From NCBI GenBank assembly GCA_030040775.1, contig JASHTB010000009.1, forward strand, positions 29,545 to 93,544: a stretch of DNA of 64,000 bases, written 5' to 3'. Source of the stretch: Thermoplasmata archaeon. GTDB lineage: Archaea > Thermoplasmatota > Thermoplasmata > Lutacidiplasmatales > UBA184. Within the stretch, counting starts at the first letter, position 1. Each line of letters opens with the position of its first letter. The position numbers were made by a program, and so were the translations under genes. The notes beneath the pieces were generated by a model that saw only the letters and a program-made list of their open reading frames with translations, was not told the origin of the DNA and did no database searches. Of this stretch, positions 1 to 7,861 are shown in pieces.

Positions 1-557
1 GGTTCGGTGCGGTCGCCGCCTGTCTGCTCTGCTACACGACCATCCTTCTCGGGGGCACGGTGATGGCGAGCGGGAGCGGCCTCGCCTGTCCGGACTGGCC
101 ATCGTGCTTCGGCAACGGGGACCTCCTCCCCGCCTTCCACGGGAGCGTGGCGATCGAATGGAGCCACCGGGTCTCCGCGTTCTTCCTCTCCGCCACCGTG
201 CTCACCGTCTTCGTTCTCGCGGTCGCTTTCGAGCGCTCTCGACCCGCGCTCCTCCGTATGGCCTTCGGCGCTGTCGTGCTCGTTGTCGGCGAGGCACTGC
301 TCGGGGCGCTGGTCGTCGAGAGCGACCTTCAGGTCCCGATCATCCTGCTCCACCTCGGGATCGCGACCGCGCTCTTCGGCCTCCTGCTCGTCCTCGCGAC
401 GCTCGCGAACCTGCGGGGCCTCCCCCGGCGGTGGCTCGACTGGGCCCGGCGAGCGTCAGAGGAGGTTCCGAACCCAGTGGGCTCCTCCCCCGGTATCGCT
501 TCGCCGTCCCCGCCCTCCGTTCCCGAAGTCCCGTATGGCTGGCCGCGGGAGGGATGA
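1..557 (+). CDS. ctaA: heme A synthase (CtaA/COX15 family), 5'-truncated by window edge
   Basis: Frame is open from nt 3 (FGAVAACLLCYTTILLGGTV precedes the GTG/ATG at 60-65). SGSGLACPDWPSCFG cysteine-loop motif typical of heme A synthases; several hydrophobic helices; directly upstream of heme O synthase. Confidence 0.7.
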   Translation, partial: FGAVAACLLCYTTILLGGTVMASGSGLACPDWPSCFGNGDLLPAFHGSVAIEWSHRVSAFFLSATVLTVFVLAVAFERSRPALLRMAFGAVVLVVGEALLGALVVESDLQVPIILLHLGIATALFGLLLVLATLANLRGLPRRWLDWARRASEEVPNPVGSSPGIASPSPPSVPEVPYGWPREG

Positions 558-578
558 CCGCACGGCGGTCCGTCGGCC

Positions 579-1520
579 ATGCCGAGCTCGGACGCCGCGC
601 CGGACCAGGGTCGCTCCGACGCCGTGAGGCCCGGTCGGAGCCGCGGGCGAGACCTTCTGGAACTCACGAAACCCGGGATCACCGCCCTCATCTGCCTGGT
701 CGCGGTCGGAGGCTTCGTCCTCGCCGACCCGCGTTCGATCGACCTCGCCCGGCTCGCCGAGCTCGTCGTCACCGGAGCCAGCGCCTCGGCCGGCGCGGCG
801 ATGTTGAACCACTACCTCGACCGGGACCTGGACGCGCGGATGCGGCGGACCCGGCGGCGGCCGATCCCGTCGGAGCGGATCGCTCCGGGCTCGCTCGTTG
901 CGGCGCTCGGCCTCGCGTTCCTCGGCGCCGGCATCGCCGCCGCGACCCTCGCCCTGAACCCCCTCACGGGCTTTTCGATCTTCCTCGGCGGCCTCACCTA
1001 CGTCGTCGTCTACACCGCCTGGCTCAAGCGACGCTCGAGCTGGAACATCGTCATCGGCGGCTTCGCCGGGAGCGCTCCGGCCCTCGCCGGGGGGGCGGCC
1101 GCGGTCGGTCACTGGACGCCCGGGGTCCTCGCGTTCTCGCTCCTCGTCTTCCTCTGGACCCCTCCGCACTTCTGGAGCCTCGCGCTCCTCCTCAAGGACG
1201 ACTACGCCCGTGCCGGGCTCCCCATGCTTCCCCGGATGGACGACCCAGCGTACTCGGGAAAGGTCGTGGTCGTGTCGGCCGCGCTCCTCGTTCCCGCCGC
1301 CGTCCTTCTCGGGTGGACCGGCGCCGTGACCTGGCCCGTCCTCGCCGCCCTCCTCGTGCTCGGCCTCCTCTTCGTCGCCGTGACAGCCCCCCTCTGGCAG
1401 CACGTCTCCTCGCGCCTTGCCCGGCGCGGCTTCGTCTACTCCGGTCCGTATCTCCTCGGCGTCATCCTGGCGCTCTGTGCGAACGCGCTGTTCGTCCGGA
1501 GCGGCTTCGTCGGCTGGTGA
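579..1520 (+). CDS. ctaB: protoheme IX farnesyltransferase (heme O synthase), UbiA prenyltransferase family
   Basis: UbiA-family polytopic protein with Asp-rich NHYLDRDLDARMRRTRRRP motif and a second conserved block (WTPPHFWSLAL) typical of CtaB/CyoE; 22 nt downstream of ctaA. Confidence 0.85.
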   Translation: MPSSDAAPDQGRSDAVRPGRSRGRDLLELTKPGITALICLVAVGGFVLADPRSIDLARLAELVVTGASASAGAAMLNHYLDRDLDARMRRTRRRPIPSERIAPGSLVAALGLAFLGAGIAAATLALNPLTGFSIFLGGLTYVVVYTAWLKRRSSWNIVIGGFAGSAPALAGGAAAVGHWTPGVLAFSLLVFLWTPPHFWSLALLLKDDYARAGLPMLPRMDDPAYSGKVVVVSAALLVPAAVLLGWTGAVTWPVLAALLVLGLLFVAVTAPLWQHVSSRLARRGFVYSGPYLLGVILALCANALFVRSGFVGW

Positions 1521-1577
1521 ATCCGATTTCACCGGGCGCGGTGAGCTTATCTCAGGGAGCCGACTCTGATAGTCAAC

Positions 1578-2291
1578 ATGCCGGGTCCTGACCGGGTCGG
1601 AGAGCCGAGCGACCGCCTTCGGGTCGCCGAGAGCGTGCTGAAGCGTCTCGGCTACGCCCGCGTTCGCGCGGCGCACCGGCCCCTCATCATCGAGCCGTCG
1701 TTCTGGGTCCAGGAGTCCGGGGTCCCCCGTCGAACGTTCCCGGTCTATGTTCCGGGCTCGGGCCCGGGGCCGGTCGGGGAAGGCATCGACCGCTGGGTGG
1801 CGGCCCTGGGAGAGACGCCCAGCCGGCCGTCCCGGGCCATCTTCGTCGTGCCGACCGACGCCGCGGCGGAGGAGGCGTGGGCCCGCCTCGCCCGCTCTTC
1901 TGCCGGGACGATCGACCACGAGGTCTCCATCCTGGTCGTCCCGCCCTCCGAGCGCGCGGGGGAGTCCCCCCACTTCCACCAGCGGCTCGTCGAACCGAAG
2001 GAGGTCCTGCGCCTCGCGACCGGGATCGTCGTGGGGCTGTTCCGCCGGGCCCAGGATACGGAAGGGCCCGGCCAGGTCGATTTCGAGGAGCTTCTCACGC
2101 TCCTTCGCAGCCGGTTCGGGATCGACGTTCACCGCTCGCTCCGCGTCCAGTCGGACGAGGATGCGCTCTTCCTCCTCTACCAGCTCGCGATGCGCGACTC
2201 GTACGCTCCGGGGGACCCGGGCTCGAACCTGCACTTGCTCGTGTTGAAGCCGACCGGTCCCGCGGCCCGGCTTCCCTGGTTCGCCGCCTGA
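1578..2291 (+). CDS. hypothetical soluble protein (no family recognised)
   Basis: 237-aa ORF with non-random composition, 58 nt after ctaB, preceded by AT-richer stretch (cttatctca / ctgatagtc). No motif I can name. Confidence 0.4.
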   Translation: MPGPDRVGEPSDRLRVAESVLKRLGYARVRAAHRPLIIEPSFWVQESGVPRRTFPVYVPGSGPGPVGEGIDRWVAALGETPSRPSRAIFVVPTDAAAEEAWARLARSSAGTIDHEVSILVVPPSERAGESPHFHQRLVEPKEVLRLATGIVVGLFRRAQDTEGPGQVDFEELLTLLRSRFGIDVHRSLRVQSDEDALFLLYQLAMRDSYAPGDPGSNLHLLVLKPTGPAARLPWFAA

Positions 2292-2341
2292 GCCGCGTGC
2301 ACGAACCGAGCCGTTAAGAAGGGTCCGTCCGTCGATCGCCC

Positions 2342-2530
2342 GTGAGCGTAGGCACCGAGCCGTTCCATACCCCCTACACTCCCACCCCCGGTGGGTCTAC
2401 CCCGCCGGCCCACGTCGGTCCCGAAGAGGGGAGCAAGGAGCTCTGGTCGTTCTTCTGGCTCGCCGTCCTCAACACGGTCATCATCGGGGTCGTCGGCATC
2501 GTCACGTGGTGGTTCGTCACGCACCCGTAG
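2342..2530 (+). CDS. hypothetical small membrane protein (1 TM)
   Basis: 62-aa ORF; C-terminal hydrophobic helix LWSFFWLAVLNTVIIGVVGIVTWWFV. Could be spurious. Confidence 0.3.
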   Translation: MSVGTEPFHTPYTPTPGGSTPPAHVGPEEGSKELWSFFWLAVLNTVIIGVVGIVTWWFVTHP

Positions 2531-2548
2531 GTCGGCGGCGCGCTCGGG

Positions 2549-2564
2549 CTAACATTATCTATCG
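2549..2564 (+). promoter_or_regulatory. archaeal TATA-like box (gggctAACATTATCTATcgcg) for tRNA-Pro
   Basis: Only A/T-rich octamer in a GC-rich region, centred about 36 nt upstream of the mature tRNA 5' end (2595). Consistent with BRE/TATA about 27 nt upstream of a TSS and a short RNase P-processed leader. Confidence 0.45.
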
Positions 2565-2594
2565 CGTTCGGGTCGGCGCCCACCGACCCGGCGT

Positions 2595-2669
2595 GGGGCC
2601 GTGGGGTAGCTTGGACCATCCTTCTTGCTTGGGGTGCAAGAGACTCCGATTCAAATTCGGACGGCCCCA
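2595..2669 (+). tRNA. tRNA-Pro (anticodon GGG), no intron, CCA not encoded
   Basis: Hand-folded: acceptor GGGGCCG/CGGCCCC (7 bp, 2595-2601 with 2662-2668), discriminator A2669; anticodon stem CTTGC/GCAAG with loop TTGGGGT (U33, anticodon G2631-G2633, G37); T-arm TCCGA-TTCAAAT-TCGGA; D-arm GGGT...ATCC. Next bases TCG, so CCA is added post-transcriptionally. Confidence 0.8.
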
Positions 2670-2910
2670 TCGCCCCGGTCGTTGGGTTCACGGACGCTCC
2701 GAGCACGAGAAAGGCCTCGCGCTCACCGCCGCGCAGTCCCACGGTGATGTCACGAGCCAACCGTGAGGGACGTCGAGCGAACCGGGGCATCGACGGGTCG
2801 GGCGCTCCCGGTCGAGGCCGTCGGGTCGTCGCGACGAAAGAAGGGCGGGTCCGACTCCGGGCGAGACCGAGGCTCATCGTTCATGTAGGCGGCCCGGCTC
2901 TTCTTCCGCC

Positions 2911-3561
2911 GTGAGCCGCCGGTTCGAGCAGGAACGCCGCCGCGACCCGTACTATCGCGCCGCGCAGCGTGAGGGCCTTCGCTCCCGGGCCGCCTTCAAG
3001 CTCGCGTACCTAGACGATCGGTTCCATCTATTCCGGCCGGGCTCGGCCGTTCTCGACCTCGGGGCCGCGCCGGGCGGATGGTCGACGGTGGCCCGTGACC
3101 GGGTCGGACCTCGCGGCCGCGTGGTCGCGGTCGACGCCCGCCCGATCGAGCCGATCGAGGGGGTGCGCGTGGTCCGGGGCCGAGTCGGAGATCCGCGGCT
3201 TCTCTCGCGAGTCGGTCCCGGGCGGTTCGACGTCGTCCTCTCCGACCTCTCCCCATCGATCAGCGGTGCCTACGCGACGGACCACGCCCGGTCGGTGGCG
3301 CTGGTGCGGGAAGCGTTCGCGTTGGCCGGCGAGCTCCTCGCTCCCGGGGGCACGTTCGTCGCGAAGGTGTTCAGCGGGGACCTCCTCGACGACCTCGAAC
3401 GAGAACTCTCCGGCTCGTTCCACCGGGTGCGTCGGACGAAGCCGCCGGCGTCGAGGGAACCCTCGTCCGAGCTCTACCTGGTCGCGTTCGGCTTTCGAGC
3501 TTCTGCTGCCCCGCGTCGTCCGGAAGAGGAGCCGACGCCGCCGCCGGCGTCCGATATATAG
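2911..3561 (+). CDS. rlmE: 23S rRNA (uridine-2'-O)-methyltransferase RlmE / FtsJ
   Basis: GTG start; RAAFKL...LDLGAAPGGWS SAM-binding motif and DLSP...K catalytic region characteristic of FtsJ/RrmJ. Confidence 0.85.
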   Translation: MSRRFEQERRRDPYYRAAQREGLRSRAAFKLAYLDDRFHLFRPGSAVLDLGAAPGGWSTVARDRVGPRGRVVAVDARPIEPIEGVRVVRGRVGDPRLLSRVGPGRFDVVLSDLSPSISGAYATDHARSVALVREAFALAGELLAPGGTFVAKVFSGDLLDDLERELSGSFHRVRRTKPPASREPSSELYLVAFGFRASAAPRRPEEEPTPPPASDI

Positions 3562-3605
3562 TTTCGCCGTTTACCCTCGGACCCCGTTTTGAGGCTTGGT
3601 TACTC

Positions 3606-4781
3606 GTGATCCGTTTTGGACCGGCGGGGATCCCACTCTCCTGCAAAGGGCGGACGCTCCGCGACGGGATCGCCGACGTCCACCACCTCGGACTCACGGC
3701 GATGGAAGTTCAGTTCATCAAGGTCAATCCGCTGACGCGCCTCGCGCTGGACGAGGAGGTCAGCAAGGTCCCGCGCGAGCTCGTCCAGCAGTTGGTCGTG
3801 AGCGTCGGCCCGGCCGAGCACCAAGGAGGTACGCCGGGTCTCGCCGCGCTCACGTCCCCGATCCGGCGGCGCGACTCGCTCACGACGCTCTCGTGGAGCC
3901 TCGCGAAGGACTATGCGGACCTTCAGCAGACGCGGGCCCTGGCGCGCGCGCTCGACACCGACCTCACCCTGCATGCGCCCTACTACGTGGACTTCTTCGG
4001 CTCGGTCGACGCCCGGGAACAGTCGACCCGCCAGATCCAGTGGGCGAGCGTCCTCGCCCAGGGTCTCGGGGCCCGGCTCGCCGTCACTCACCTCGGGTTC
4101 TACGGCCCCGGCAATCGGGCCGACTCGGTGCAGCAGCTCACCGAGATCGTCATCGACCTCTCCGACTGGCTCACCAAGTTCTCCAAGGGCACGGTTCGCC
4201 TCGCCATCGAGCCGAGCGGGCATCCCGACGTCTTCGGCTCCCGCGAGGAGGTCCTCGAGCTCGTCCGCCGGGTGAAGGGAACGGTCCCGGTACTGAACCT
4301 CCCCCACGTCGCCGCGCGAGAGCGGACGACCTTCGAGTCGACGGACCAGCTCGAGCCGCTCCTCCGTCAGTTCGTCGCCGCGACGCACGGCCCGCTCTAC
4401 CTGAACTTCTCGGGGGTCGAGTTCTACGGTCCGGGCGAGTTCCGCCTGACTCCGATCAAGCGGGGACTGGTGCGGTTCGACCCGATCGCCGAGCTCCTCG
4501 CCGAGCGCGACTACGACGTAACCGTAATTTCGAGCTCGCCTCTCCTAGAGCACGACGCGATGTACATGAAGCTCCTCTACGAGCGGGCGCTCACCCGGCG
4601 CTGGACGAAACAACACGCGCCGCCGGCGCCTCGTCCCGCGCCCAAGCCCGCGCCCGCGCGGCCCGCGGTGGCGCCGCTTCGTCCGAAGCCGAAGGCCCGG
4701 CCGGCGCACGCGAGATACGCGGGCCGCCCCGCGCCGCATCGCAAGGAGGTGAGGGCGCATGCCCGGCCCCGGCGGCGGTAG
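3606..4781 (+). CDS. xylose-isomerase-like TIM-barrel protein (AP endonuclease family 2 / sugar-phosphate isomerase-epimerase fold) with long basic Pro/Ala-rich C-terminal tail
   Basis: N-terminus MIRFGPAGIP and LHAPYYVDFFG block resemble the endonuclease IV / xylose isomerase TIM-barrel family. Last ~70 aa are low-complexity (APPAPRPAPKPAPARPAVAPLRPKPKARPAHARYAGRPAPHRKEVRAHARPRRR). Confidence 0.5.
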   Translation: MIRFGPAGIPLSCKGRTLRDGIADVHHLGLTAMEVQFIKVNPLTRLALDEEVSKVPRELVQQLVVSVGPAEHQGGTPGLAALTSPIRRRDSLTTLSWSLAKDYADLQQTRALARALDTDLTLHAPYYVDFFGSVDAREQSTRQIQWASVLAQGLGARLAVTHLGFYGPGNRADSVQQLTEIVIDLSDWLTKFSKGTVRLAIEPSGHPDVFGSREEVLELVRRVKGTVPVLNLPHVAARERTTFESTDQLEPLLRQFVAATHGPLYLNFSGVEFYGPGEFRLTPIKRGLVRFDPIAELLAERDYDVTVISSSPLLEHDAMYMKLLYERALTRRWTKQHAPPAPRPAPKPAPARPAVAPLRPKPKARPAHARYAGRPAPHRKEVRAHARPRRR

Positions 4782-5331
4782 CGGCACGACGTTCGCTCGC
4801 GCCGAGCGGTATATCGGCGAGCGGGTGACCACCGCGCTCGAGCGGATCGACCCGAAGTCGATCGCGCACGCGGTCAACATCCTCTCGAGCGTCCCTCAGA
4901 TCTTTGTCTACGGAGCAGGGCGGAGCGGGATCATCGGCCGGGCGTTCGCGATGCGCTTGGTCCAAGCCGGGCTTCGGGCCTACGTGATCGGAGAGAGCGT
5001 GACGCCGATCGTCTCCCGGAACGATGCCGCGTTCATCCTCTCCGGCCAGGGAGAGAGCTACTCGTCCATCCAGACGGCGAACATCGTCCGTCGCGAGGGA
5101 GCCCAGCTGATCGTTCTTACGTCGCGGCCGGGGTCGAAGCTCGCGCACACGGCAACCCTGCTCCTGCTCGTGGAGTTCCGCGAGGACCCCGAGCGACCCC
5201 GACTCGCTCCGCTGGGCACGCTCTTCGAGTCGGCGAGTCTCCGCCTCACGGACGGCCTCGTCGCCGAGCTGATCCGAGCCCGCGGGGAGAGCGAAGAGTC
5301 GATGCGACGCCGTCACGCGATCATGGTCTAG
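4759..5331 (+). CDS. SIS-domain phosphosugar isomerase-like protein
   Basis: IFVYGAGRSGIIGRAFAMRL ... SGQGESY matches the SIS (sugar isomerase) fold. Perfect Shine-Dalgarno AGGAGGTGA (4744-4752), 6 nt before the ATG, inside the tail-coding end of the upstream gene. Confidence 0.7.
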   Translation: MPGPGGGSGTTFARAERYIGERVTTALERIDPKSIAHAVNILSSVPQIFVYGAGRSGIIGRAFAMRLVQAGLRAYVIGESVTPIVSRNDAAFILSGQGESYSSIQTANIVRREGAQLIVLTSRPGSKLAHTATLLLLVEFREDPERPRLAPLGTLFESASLRLTDGLVAELIRARGESEESMRRRHAIMV

Positions 5332-5366
5332 GCGCGCTTGGACGCCACCTTTAAGGGTGCGGCTCC

Positions 5367-5879
5367 TTGCAGCCCGACGTGCCGCGGCCTCGTCCGCCCG
5401 TTTCCCACAGCCTGGTGCCGGTCCCCTCCCGATTCTTCGTGACGAGCGGCAAGGGGATCAACAAGACGAGCGAGCTCAACGCGTTCGACCTCGCCCTCCT
5501 CCAGGCCGGGATCGGCGAGCAGAACCTCGTCAGCGTCTCTTCGGTCCTCCCGACGGGGATCCGCCAGGTCGACCGGGAACCGATTACCCGGGGGGCGATC
5601 ACCCACACGGTCCTCTCGCGCCACGCCGGGGGCGAAGGCGAGGTGATCAGCGCCGGGATCGCCTACGGATTCCGCTCCGACGGGCAGGGCGGGTACGTCG
5701 CGGAGGGCCATCTCCACGGAACCCAGAAGTCGCTCAAGGAGTTCCTCAAGTGGCGGATGGAAGAGATCGCGCACTTTCGCGGCGTGGAGCTGCGTCGGAT
5801 CCACTACCGCACCGAGGAGCTCTCGATCCCGATGGACCACTACGGGGTCTGCATCGCCGCCTGTGTTTTCCTCCCCTGA
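5367..5879 (+). CDS. pdaD: pyruvoyl-dependent arginine decarboxylase (proenzyme)
   Basis: FFVTSGKG N-terminal block and the self-cleavage site context VSVSSVLP (Ser-Ser) are diagnostic of archaeal PdaD. Confidence 0.85.
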   Translation: MQPDVPRPRPPVSHSLVPVPSRFFVTSGKGINKTSELNAFDLALLQAGIGEQNLVSVSSVLPTGIRQVDREPITRGAITHTVLSRHAGGEGEVISAGIAYGFRSDGQGGYVAEGHLHGTQKSLKEFLKWRMEEIAHFRGVELRRIHYRTEELSIPMDHYGVCIAACVFLP

Positions 5880-5899
5880 TCGGGGGTCGACGAGGCCGC

Positions 5900-6235
5900 C
5901 TAGAGGAGCTTTCGGAAGAGGAGCTTGTCTTCGAGGCTCCCGTCGATCGTGAGCTTGCGGGTTACGAGGGCCTTCATCGGCCCGATCTCCTTGCGCACGA
6001 GGCCGTGGAACGTCGCGCTGTCCGTCGTGATCCTGAGGTCGGCCTTCGGGGCCGCGCCCGAGCGCAGGTTCGACAGGTGCCCCTTCGCGAGGTCGACGGC
6101 GTACGTTCCTCCGTCGGTGAGGTGGATCTGGATCGTCCGCTCGACCCCGTCGAGTTCCTCTGCGGTAGCGGGGTTGCGGTCGGCGTGACGGTTGAACCGC
6201 TCGACGACGGACGCGAGCGTCTCCTCCACCGTCAT
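5900..6235 (-). CDS. SCP2 (sterol carrier protein 2)-like lipid-binding domain protein
   Basis: About 110-aa protein with SCP2-type pattern (...IQIHLTDGGTYAVDLAKG...LRITTDSATFHGLV...GSLEDKLLFRKLL). Start taken at the ATG that forms an ATGA overlap with the rnhB stop (6232-6235); the track ORF extends to 6268. Confidence 0.65.
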   Translation of the reverse strand: MTVEETLASVVERFNRHADRNPATAEELDGVERTIQIHLTDGGTYAVDLAKGHLSNLRSGAAPKADLRITTDSATFHGLVRKEIGPMKALVTRKLTIDGSLEDKLLFRKLL

Positions 6236-6882
6236 CGGTCGAACGCCTCGAGGGATGGACCCGGCCACCCGAGCTTAACCCTTTGCACCGTCTGCCAGGA
6301 GCGGCGGATCCAGGACGGCACCGAGCCGTCCTTCGCGAGGTGGCGTCGAACCGCGTCGCGGGTCCGCGGGTCCGACGGGTACCCGCTGCCGATCTCCTCC
6401 CCCAGGAGCTCGGCGAGCCGGACAATCGCTCGGTCCCGTTCGACCTTCGCGACGATGGACGCGGCCCCGACGACCCGCTCGTCGCGGTCCGCGTAGTGTC
6501 GAGCGATGACGCGGGCGCGGCCTCCCGAGAGGGCGCAGACCGCCCGGCCGAAACGGGACGCGTTCGCGTCGCACGCATCGATGAGCGCCACGTCCGGTGA
6601 AAGCTCTCGCACGAGCCGCGCGAACTCCCGGGCCTCGAGCCGGTTCAAACCGCGGTGTCGGACAAACCGGTCGATCTCGGCCGGCGGGATGGCGACCACA
6701 GCGCATTGTCCGAGATCTCGGAGGGCGGCGTACACCTCCTCGCGCCGCCGCGGCGAGAGCGTTTTCGAGTCGGCCGCTCCGACCCGGGCGAGGGCGTCCA
6801 ACCGGTCTCGAGAAACGAGGAACGCGCCCACGACGAGCGGACCGAGGACGCTGCCGCGTCCCGCCTCGTCGATGCCGAGGAT
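6232..6882 (-). CDS. rnhB: ribonuclease HII
   Basis: Track ORF starts at GTG 6831, but the catalytic N-terminal motif GIDEAGRGSVLGPLVV lies in-frame upstream (6834-6876) with no ATG/GTG/TTG before the TAG at 6916-6918. Rest of protein matches RNase HII (DSK...GSGYPSD). 5' end set at the in-frame ATC (6882-6880); start is uncertain. Confidence 0.8.
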   Translation of the reverse strand: MLGIDEAGRGSVLGPLVVGAFLVSRDRLDALARVGAADSKTLSPRRREEVYAALRDLGQCAVVAIPPAEIDRFVRHRGLNRLEAREFARLVRELSPDVALIDACDANASRFGRAVCALSGGRARVIARHYADRDERVVGAASIVAKVERDRAIVRLAELLGEEIGSGYPSDPRTRDAVRRHLAKDGSVPSWIRRSWQTVQRVKLGWPGPSLEAFDR

Positions 6883-6958
6883 CCGCTCGGGCGGCGTACG
6901 GCCTCCGGCGGAGGCCTAGACCGACAATCGAATTAAACCGGCGCGAGGGTGCCCGGGC

Positions 6959-7858
6959 ATGAGTCTGGACGGCCTCGTGGTCCCGACGGCGACCCTCTTC
7001 GCCGAGGACGGAGCGCTCGACCCGGGGAAGAACGCGAAGTTCGCCCGAGGGCTCTCGGAGGCTCGGGTCGACCACCTGTTCGTGCTCGGCTCGCTCGGCG
7101 AATTCCCGTCCGTCACGGACGAGGAACGGTCCCGTCTGGTCGAGGTGGTGGTCGAGAGCGCGGCGGGGAAGACGGACGTTTACGTCGGGTGCGGGGCTCC
7201 CTCGACCCGACAGGCCGTCCGGTACGCCGAGGAAGCCGAGTCCGCGGGAGCGGCCGCGGTGGTGGCGGTACCGCCCTACTACCTCCACCCTCCGCTCTCC
7301 GCGGTCGAGCGATACTATCGGGCGATCCGGGCGGCGGTGACGCTGCCGCTGCTCGCCTACAACATTCCCTCGCTGGTGGGGTACGCGCTACCTCCTCGAC
7401 TCGTCCATCGACTCGCCCGCGACGGGGTTCTCGCCGGCGTGAAGGACACGTCCGGCTCCCTCGAGAGCGTCGTGTCGTTCCTCGCCGACGCTCCCTCGTC
7501 GTTCGCGGTGTTCCCAGGGGACGACGCTCTGGCCGGGGAGTCGATTGCCCGCGGCGCCGCCGGGGCCGTGATGGGAATCGCGAACATCGTGCCGAAGCTC
7601 TGCGTCGAGCTGGTGGCCGCGGCCCGCGGGGGAAGGCGGGAGCGGGCCGAGGAGCTTCAGAAGCTCGTCGACGCGCTCGTCGAGATCAGCCGGGCGGGCC
7701 CGTTCCCGTCGACCGACAAGTTTCTGGCGGCCGAGCTCCGAGGACAAGAGGTCGGCTACCGAGCGCCGTACGACCCGCTGAGCGAGGAGGAGAGGGCGGC
7801 GGTCGTGGAGCGGCTCAACCCCTATCGAGAGCGCCTGGCTCCCTTCCTGACGAAGTAG
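6959..7858 (+). CDS. DapA-family class I aldolase, probably 2-keto-3-deoxy-(6-phospho)gluconate aldolase (KdgA-like)
   Basis: TIM-barrel N-acetylneuraminate lyase/DapA family with Schiff-base lysine context GVKDTSG and Tyr in PPYY. Directly upstream (4 nt) of glucose dehydrogenase, which argues for the Entner-Doudoroff aldolase rather than DapA. Confidence 0.7.
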   Translation: MSLDGLVVPTATLFAEDGALDPGKNAKFARGLSEARVDHLFVLGSLGEFPSVTDEERSRLVEVVVESAAGKTDVYVGCGAPSTRQAVRYAEEAESAGAAAVVAVPPYYLHPPLSAVERYYRAIRAAVTLPLLAYNIPSLVGYALPPRLVHRLARDGVLAGVKDTSGSLESVVSFLADAPSSFAVFPGDDALAGESIARGAAGAVMGIANIVPKLCVELVAAARGGRRERAEELQKLVDALVEISRAGPFPSTDKFLAAELRGQEVGYRAPYDPLSEEERAAVVERLNPYRERLAPFLTK

Positions 7859-7861
7859 ACG

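Noticed and set aside
456-2234. 592-aa minus-strand ORF, and similar very long Arg/Gly/Pro/Ala-rich ORFs elsewhere (104..1591, 5328..6578, 6275..7288, 6949..8385, 18461..19384, 28067..29797, 47641..49539, 50217..52547, 54243..55631, 56663..57727 and others)
   Set aside because: They run antisense to, or out of frame with, genes that have clear family signatures (ctaA/ctaB, polB, glyS and so on). Their composition is the monotonous R/G/P/A/S/D/E typical of stop-codon-poor frames in high-GC DNA, and they have no motifs.
2530-2670. Genomic island or integrated element next to tRNA-Pro
   Set aside because: No integrase, transposase, direct repeat of the tRNA 3' end or compositional shift. Both flanks are housekeeping genes (ctaB side, rlmE side).
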